From: Gemmatimonadota bacterium
Lineage (GTDB): Bacteria > Gemmatimonadota > Gemmatimonadetes > JACCXV01 > JAHWKZ01
Direction of reading: 5' to 3'
Assembly: GCA_035711625.1 (NCBI GenBank)
Contig: DASTCA010000037.1
Location: 71,074-135,073, forward strand
Length of the DNA: 64,000 nt
The position numbers and the translations under genes are program-made. Positions 55,397 through 64,000 of the stretch are shown piece by piece; positions within the stretch are counted from its first letter, which is position 1, and the number at the start of each line of letters is the position of its first letter. Under the pieces are notes generated by a model. That model saw only the letters and a list, made by a program, of their open reading frames with translations. It made no database searches and was not told the DNA's origin.

Positions 55397-56623
55397 GCCT
55401 GGAGTGGAAGATCGCGCTCCGGTATCTCGGATCGAAGCGCCGCCGGGGGCTCATCTCGGTCATCGGCTTGATCGCGATCGGGGGAGTCTTCGTGGGCGTC
55501 GCCGCGCTGGTCATCGTGATGAGCGTCATGAACGGGTTGCAGGATGACCTGCGCGAGAAGATCCTCACCAACACTCCGCACCTGCTGATCCAGAAGTACA
55601 ATTCGGAGCCGCTCGACGACTACCAGGCTGTGACCGAGGCGTTGCGCTCCTCGCCGGGGGTTATCGGCGCTTCGCCGTTCATTTACACGGAAGGGATCAT
55701 CGGCCACGGGCGCGGACGCAGCGAGGGCGCCGTGATCCGCGGCGTCGATCCCCGTCACGAGCCTGAAGTCGCCGACACCCGCGAGCAGATGATCGCGGGA
55801 GATTGGAACCTCGACCGATCGCCCGACCAACCGTATCCCAGAATCGTCGTGGGATACATGCTGGCGGACCGGCTCGGCGCGTTCCCGGGCGACACGCTCA
55901 CGCTGACCACGCCCGAAGTGGCGTCGGTGTCTCCGCTGCACGGTACGATCCCCAAGCTGCAGAAGTTCGTGCTCGCGGGAACGTTCAAGAGCGGTCTGTT
56001 CGAGTACGACTCCAAGTTCGTCTATGTGTCCCTGGTGTCGCTCCAGGACTACCTCCAGACGGGCGACGTAGCCTTCGGCGTGGCGGCCCGCGTGGACGAC
56101 GTATGGAATGCCCGCGAGGTCGGGGAAAGGGTCGTCAACCGGTTGGATGGCCCCTTCTACGTCACCACCTGGATCGAGCTGAATCAGCCCTTGTTCTCTG
56201 CACTCAAGCTGGAAAAGAAGGCCATGTTCGTTATATTGGTTCTCATCGTACTGGTGGCGGCATTCAACATCATCAGTACCCTGACCATGATTGTCATGGA
56301 CAAGACGAAGGAGATCGGGATTCTCCGGTCGATGGGCATGAAAGGACGCGCCATCCGCCGGATTTTCGTCTATCAGGGGGCCCTGATCGGGGGTGTGGGA
56401 ACCACGCTCGGCTGCGTGGCCGGGCTGGTCGCGGCGCTCCTGCTCGCGCGCTACCGGTTCATCTCGCTCCCCGGCGAGGTTTACTTCATCGACACGCTGC
56501 CGGTGTCGATCGAGCCCCTGAACATCGCCGTCATCATCGGTTCGAGCCTGATCATCTCGCTGGCGGCGACGATCTACCCCGCGCGCCAAGCGGCGGGCAT
56601 GACGCCGGTGGACGCGATCCGGT

Positions 56624-56631
<8 letters not shown>
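55393..56631 (+). CDS. lolE: lipoprotein-releasing system permease (LolC/LolE, FtsX-like)
   Basis: ATGA overlap with lysS. MSLEWKIALRYLGSKRRRGLISVI start and a C-terminal FtsX domain with 3 TM segments. Confidence 0.85.
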
Positions 56632-57343
<712 letters not shown>

Positions 57344-57382
57344 GAAGCAAGGGGGATTCGCGATTCACGGGAGCGGGCACTT

Positions 57383-57407
57383 GAACGGGCCGTTCCGAAG
57401 GGCCGTT
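57383..57407 (+). promoter_or_regulatory. candidate operator: palindrome plus direct repeat upstream of mcsA
   Basis: Palindrome GAACGG-g-CCGTTC (57383-57395) overlapping the direct repeat GGGCCGTT (57387-57394 and 57400-57407). A TTGAAC hexamer is at 57381. Confidence 0.25.
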
Positions 57408-57439
57408 TAGCTGGCGGAGTTCAACGAACGGACGTGCCT

Positions 57440-57973
57440 ATGCTGTGCGCGGATTGTGGTCAGAACAAGGCGACCGTCCACTTCACGCAGATCGTGAATG
57501 ACGAGACGGAGACCTTCCATCTGTGCCAGGAATGCGCGCAGAAGCGAGGTCTGAAGACGAGCCCGGTCAGCTCCCAGGTGCCGCTTTCCGACTTTCTCTC
57601 CGAGATGGGCGCGCCGCTCTTCACGAAGGCCACGAACGCGAACACGGCGTGCCCGCGCTGCGGCTGCACGTTCCGCCAGTTTCGCAAGACCGGGCGATTG
57701 GGATGCGCCCATTGCTACGCTACTTTCGAGCAGGAGATGAGCGCTCTGTTGCGCAAGATCCACGGATCCAACGAGCACGTGGGGATCACGGAGGACGAGT
57801 CCATCGGTCCGGTAGACGAGCTGGAGGCTCAACTCCTGGAGATGCGGCGCGAGCTGCGGCAGGCGGTCGAGCGCGAGGAGTATGAGCGGGCGGCCGAGCT
57901 GCGAGACAGGATCTCGTTGATGGAAGGCGACCGGCGCGCGGCGCGCGCGGCGGCGTTCGAGGAGCGGACGTGA
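57440..57973 (+). CDS. mcsA: McsA-like protein (zinc-finger plus UVR motif, activator of protein arginine kinase)
   Basis: MLCADCGQNKATVHFT..HLCQEC, CPRCGCTF..GCAHCY, and a C-terminal UVR-like EYERAAELRDRI. GTG 57434 is an alternative start. Confidence 0.82.
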   Translation: MLCADCGQNKATVHFTQIVNDETETFHLCQECAQKRGLKTSPVSSQVPLSDFLSEMGAPLFTKATNANTACPRCGCTFRQFRKTGRLGCAHCYATFEQEMSALLRKIHGSNEHVGITEDESIGPVDELEAQLLEMRRELRQAVEREEYERAAELRDRISLMEGDRRAARAAAFEERT

Positions 57974-59072
57974 GACTACCCGGCGACGATCTGCTGAGTC
58001 CGGTGAACGGAGGCCTGTCCTGGAGCAGCGGCGAGGGTCCGCATTCGGACATCATCCTGAGCACGCGCGTTCGTCTGGCCCGGAATCTGGAGCACTTCCC
58101 GTTCCGGGAGACGATCGCATCGCCGCAGCAGGAAGAAGTCACGGCCGAGGTGTTGGAGGCGTACGGCGAGCCGGCCACATCGAATGGGAACAGCGGTCCG
58201 CGCCAGTTCCTGCGACTCGGCAACCTGCCGGAGACCGACTTGAACCTGCTGCTGGAACGCCACCTGGTTAGCCGCGAGATGATCCGCTTCAAGGAGGCGA
58301 GCGCGCTCCTGGTGGGCGAGGGCGGACGGGTGGCGCTGCTGATCAACGAGGAGGATCACCTTCGGATCCAGGTGCTCGACGCGGGCCTGCAGCTGGAGGA
58401 AGCGTGGGAGAGCGCGCGGCGCACAGACGAGGACCTGAGGCGCAAGCTCAAGTTCGCCTATCACGAGCGCTTCGGGTTCCTGACCTCCTGCCCCACGAAT
58501 ACCGGGACGGGGCTCCGGGCGTCCGTGCTGATCCATCTGCCCGGTCTGGTGCTTACCCGCGAGATTCACAAGGTGCTGCAGGGCCTGGCCCAGATCGGCT
58601 TGACCTTCCGGGGCCTCTATGGGGAGGGCTCGGATGTGGTCGGGAACTACTTCCAGATCTCCAATCAGACCACGCTCGGAAAAAGCGAGTCCGAGCTGGT
58701 CGGACACCTGAGCCAGATCACGCGCCAGGTGATCGAATATGAGGAGAACGCCCGCCAGGTGCTGGCGCGCGACGCCATGGACGAGATCGAAGACAAGGTC
58801 TGGCGCGCTTACGGACTCCTGCGCTGCGCCCGGGCGATGTCCACCGACGAGATGATGAATCTGCTCTCCGCGGTGCGGCTGGGGGTGAGCATGAAACTGC
58901 TGCCGGACATGAGGGTAAGACTGTTGAACCAGCTATTGCTGTGGACACAGGTGGCTCACCTGGAGAAGCGCGCCGGCCGGACGCTGTCCAAGCGCGACAG
59001 GGAACACGAGCGGTCCAGGGTGATAAGAGAGATATTAGATGAATCGGACAATGGTGAACTGAGGGACGCCGG

Positions 59073-59076
<4 letters not shown>
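57970..59076 (+). CDS. mcsB: protein arginine kinase McsB (ATP:guanido phosphotransferase)
   Basis: GTGA overlap with mcsA. LINEEDHLRIQ, FLTSCPTNTGTGLRASVLIHLPGL signature. Confidence 0.88.
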
Positions 59077-61562
<2,486 letters not shown>

Positions 61563-61642
61563 GTGTCGGATGCCCGCGGACTCCCTTGAAGAAGTTGTAG
61601 TGAGGTCGCACCGTGTGACCCGCGGGTCGTCGCGGAGTCGGG

Positions 61643-61669
61643 AAAGGAGAGACCGCGTCTCTCCTTTTT
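61643..61669 (+). terminator. intrinsic terminator after clpC
   Basis: AAAGGAGAGAC-CGC-GTCTCTCCTTT perfect stem followed by TT (a run of TTTTT overall). Confidence 0.7.
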
Positions 61670-61686
61670 CGCTTGCGCGCCGGTCG

Positions 61687-63987
61687 ATGCTGCTGGTCCT
61701 CGCGCTCGGCGTCTTCGGCACCGTGTCGTCTGCGCGAGCGCAGGACGCCGCCCCGCGGCTGGTCGCGGTCGAGGTCCGAGGCACGACGCTCCTCGACGCG
61801 GATCGGGTGGCCGCCCTGTCCGGTCTTCCCGGAGCCACCTTCCTGACCCAGCGGGCGATGCAAGAATCCATCCGGTCCTTGTGGCGCACCCAGCTGTTCG
61901 ACGACGTCCGCCTGGAGAGTCGGCCGCAGGAGGACGGGGTCGTGGCCGTCTTCACCGTGAACGAGGCGCCGGTCATTACGGGGTTCGACCTGCAGGGGAA
62001 CGACGAGGTCGACGAAAAGGACATTCGGGAGAAGATCCCGTTCCGGGAGGGCGACCGGATGCTCGCCCACCGCCTGCACCAGGCCGCGTTCGACATCGAG
62101 AAGCTGTACTCGGAAAAGGGGTACTATCTGGCGGAGGTGACGCTCGAGGCAACCAGCCCGGGGGCCGACTCGACCGGGGTCGAGGTCCGGATCAGCGAAG
62201 GCGAGAAGGTCGCGATCCACGCCATCAACTTCCGCGGCAATCAAGCTTTCTCCGGAGACCGCCTGCGGGAGGCTCTCGCCACCCGGACCGAGGGCTTCTG
62301 GTTCTGGCAGGACGGGGAGTTCGACGAGGCGAAGTGGAGCGCCGACCTGAGCCAGAAGCTCCCCGCATTCTACGGCGAGCACGGCTACATCGACATGCGA
62401 GTGGTCGCCGACTCGATGGTCGTGGATCCGGAGGACGGGACGATGAATCTCCTCGTGACGATCGAGGAGGGAAGGCCGTATCGGACCGGCGAGGTAAGGC
62501 TGGAGGGCAACAGCCGTTTCTCGCAGGCTGACCTGCGTCAGTTCCTGCGCCTGGAACCGGGGTCTGTGTTCAGCACGCTGGCCGTCGAGCTGACCCAGGA
62601 GGACCTGCTCAATCTATACGCGGACGACGGCTACATCTATGCCCAGGTGCAGCCGTTGCGGCGAGTGCGCCCGGACACCACGATCGTCGACCTGACGTGG
62701 CAGATCAGAGAAGGCAACCCAGCGGAGATTCAGCACGTGACGATCCGCGGCAACACCGTGACCCACGAGTCCGTGATCCGTCGGCACTTGTTCGTGGAAC
62801 CCGGGCAGCGCTTCCGGCGCACGGACGTGAGGAACAGCTTGCTGGCGCTGGAGGGCCTGGGGTTCTTCGAGCCCGGCATCGTTCCCACAACCCGTGTCGC
62901 GGATCAGGAGACAGGCGACATCGACCTCACGTTCGAGGTCGAAGAGCGCCGCACCGGTTCGCTGACTCTGGGCGCGGCCGTAGGTGGTGGCACGGGTCTG
63001 TCGGGCTTTCTCGGTTACGAGCAGCCGAATCTGTTCGGACAGGCGAAGTCGGGGAGGGTGCGCTGGGAGTTCGGCTCACGCAACAACAACCTGGAGTTCG
63101 GCTACACCGAGCCGGTATTCATGGGAACGAAGACATCGCTGTCGACCTCGTTCTTCAACATCAACCAGCGCTACAGCGGGACCCAGTTCCGTCAGGAGGC
63201 ACTCGGTGGCAACGTGCGCCTTGGGACCCCGCTGCCTTGGGACGAGGCCTCGCGGCTGTTCTATGGCTATACGTGGCAGCGCATCGATCTGGAGGCGACG
63301 GACGGAGACGACGAGCGCTTCGAGGATGAGTATCCGCGCACGGAGTCCAGCACATCGCTGAGCCTTGTCCGTGACACGCGTCTGCCGCGCCTGCACCCGA
63401 TCCAGGGGGCGCGCCATAGCGTCACCGCGGACCTGGCTGGTGGCTTACTGGGCGGATCGGTGGATTTCCGCAAGTACGAGTTCGAAAGCTCGTGGTTCGC
63501 GCCTACTTTCAACGATCGAACGGTGCTGAACCTGGTGCTCAAGACAGGAGGGATCGTCGATACGGGATTCGTGCCGCTGACCGAGCAGTACATCCTGGGC
63601 GGCGTCCAGTACCCGTCCCAGGGCCTTCGAGGCTACCCCGAGAATCGGGTGGGCGTGCACACGTCAGGCGATATCTTCAGTGACGAGGAAGGGGAGACCG
63701 ACGACCGAGGCAACGCCTTCCTACTGCTGACGGCGGAGCATTTCATCAAGATCACGGACACGGTCTACACCTCGGTCTTCTACGACGCGGGCAACGTGTG
63801 GGACCGGTTCGGGGACGTGACGTTCGCGGACCTCAAGCGTGGGGCAGGGGTGGGGATTCAGATCGATCTGCCCGGCTTCGGGCCGATGGGGCTGGACTAC
63901 GCCTACGGCTTCGAACGGCGGGCTGCCAACGGTGTCCCGGATCCGGGATGGCAGCTCCATTTCCGGTTCGGCAATCTGTCCCGATGA
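61687..63987 (+). CDS. bamA: outer membrane protein assembly factor BamA
   Basis: ATG 61687 gives the signal MLLVLALGVFGTVSSARAQD. POTRA repeats (VEVRGTT.., INFRGNQAFS.., VRLEGNSRFS.., VTIRGNTVTHESVIRR) and a C-terminal beta-barrel ending ..WQLHFRFGNLSR. Confidence 0.9.
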   Translation: MLLVLALGVFGTVSSARAQDAAPRLVAVEVRGTTLLDADRVAALSGLPGATFLTQRAMQESIRSLWRTQLFDDVRLESRPQEDGVVAVFTVNEAPVITGFDLQGNDEVDEKDIREKIPFREGDRMLAHRLHQAAFDIEKLYSEKGYYLAEVTLEATSPGADSTGVEVRISEGEKVAIHAINFRGNQAFSGDRLREALATRTEGFWFWQDGEFDEAKWSADLSQKLPAFYGEHGYIDMRVVADSMVVDPEDGTMNLLVTIEEGRPYRTGEVRLEGNSRFSQADLRQFLRLEPGSVFSTLAVELTQEDLLNLYADDGYIYAQVQPLRRVRPDTTIVDLTWQIREGNPAEIQHVTIRGNTVTHESVIRRHLFVEPGQRFRRTDVRNSLLALEGLGFFEPGIVPTTRVADQETGDIDLTFEVEERRTGSLTLGAAVGGGTGLSGFLGYEQPNLFGQAKSGRVRWEFGSRNNNLEFGYTEPVFMGTKTSLSTSFFNINQRYSGTQFRQEALGGNVRLGTPLPWDEASRLFYGYTWQRIDLEATDGDDERFEDEYPRTESSTSLSLVRDTRLPRLHPIQGARHSVTADLAGGLLGGSVDFRKYEFESSWFAPTFNDRTVLNLVLKTGGIVDTGFVPLTEQYILGGVQYPSQGLRGYPENRVGVHTSGDIFSDEEGETDDRGNAFLLLTAEHFIKITDTVYTSVFYDAGNVWDRFGDVTFADLKRGAGVGIQIDLPGFGPMGLDYAYGFERRAANGVPDPGWQLHFRFGNLSR

Positions 63988-64000
63988 ACAGTAGCGTCGC

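Noticed and set aside
57344-57439. CtsR box, CIRCE or HAIR heat-shock operators upstream of mcsA
   Set aside because: There is no GGTCAAA-type tandem heptad, no TTAGCACTC-N9-GAGTGCTAA-like element and no CTTGAGT-N7-ACTCAAG-like element. Only the different palindrome reported in the findings is present.

Overview
This is a very GC-rich, gene-dense chromosomal core region from a diderm bacterium. BamA and LolCDE-type genes are present; I cannot place the taxon from sequence alone.

About 62 protein genes, one tRNA and a few terminators or promoter-like sites can be supported. All product calls come from motif and family recognition by eye, since no database search was possible.

Gene order:
- a secreted DUF1579-like protein
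- mutY-addB-addA on the minus strand
- phosphohexomutase, a UPF0182 membrane protein and a PLD-type phospholipid synthase
- VOC and DUF1801 genes on the minus strand
- sucCD, an EIIA-CBS fusion and ndk
- yceD-rpmF-fabH-fabD-fabG-acpP-fabF-rnc
- an MTAP-like phosphorylase, purE, purB, tsaC, an LMW-PTP, a TPR protein and comF
- gap-pgk-tpiA-secG-tRNA-Leu(GAG)
- a small membrane protein on the minus strand, then a rhomboid
- a tightly overlapped string: ytxH, small ORF, hyuA, hyuB, mini Fis-HTH, archease, rtcB, aldolase, degV
- rpsT on the minus strand
- an M50 protease, trpS, scpAB and rluB
- an unknown 574-aa Rossmann-like protein, an ECF sigma, a ZAS anti-sigma and a lipoprotein
- apbE and a REC-GGDEF protein with a GGDDF motif
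- prfB with its programmed +1 frameshift, then lysS
- lolE/lolD, mcsA-mcsB-clpC and bamA

No CRISPR array, transposase, integrase, prophage or obvious defence island is visible. The window looks like housekeeping genome rather than an accessory region.

The most unusual items are:
- the RtcB/archease pair inside a mixed-function overlapped operon with an orphan mini-regulator
- an uncharacterised large protein translationally coupled to an ECF sigma module, with an ECF-type promoter between the sigma and anti-sigma genes
- a ctsR-less mcsAB-clpC operon next to outer-membrane biogenesis genes

Many long Arg/Pro/Gly-rich ORFs in the track are GC-driven artefacts and were rejected. Several track ORFs carry spurious 5' extensions, and I re-set those starts from the sequence.
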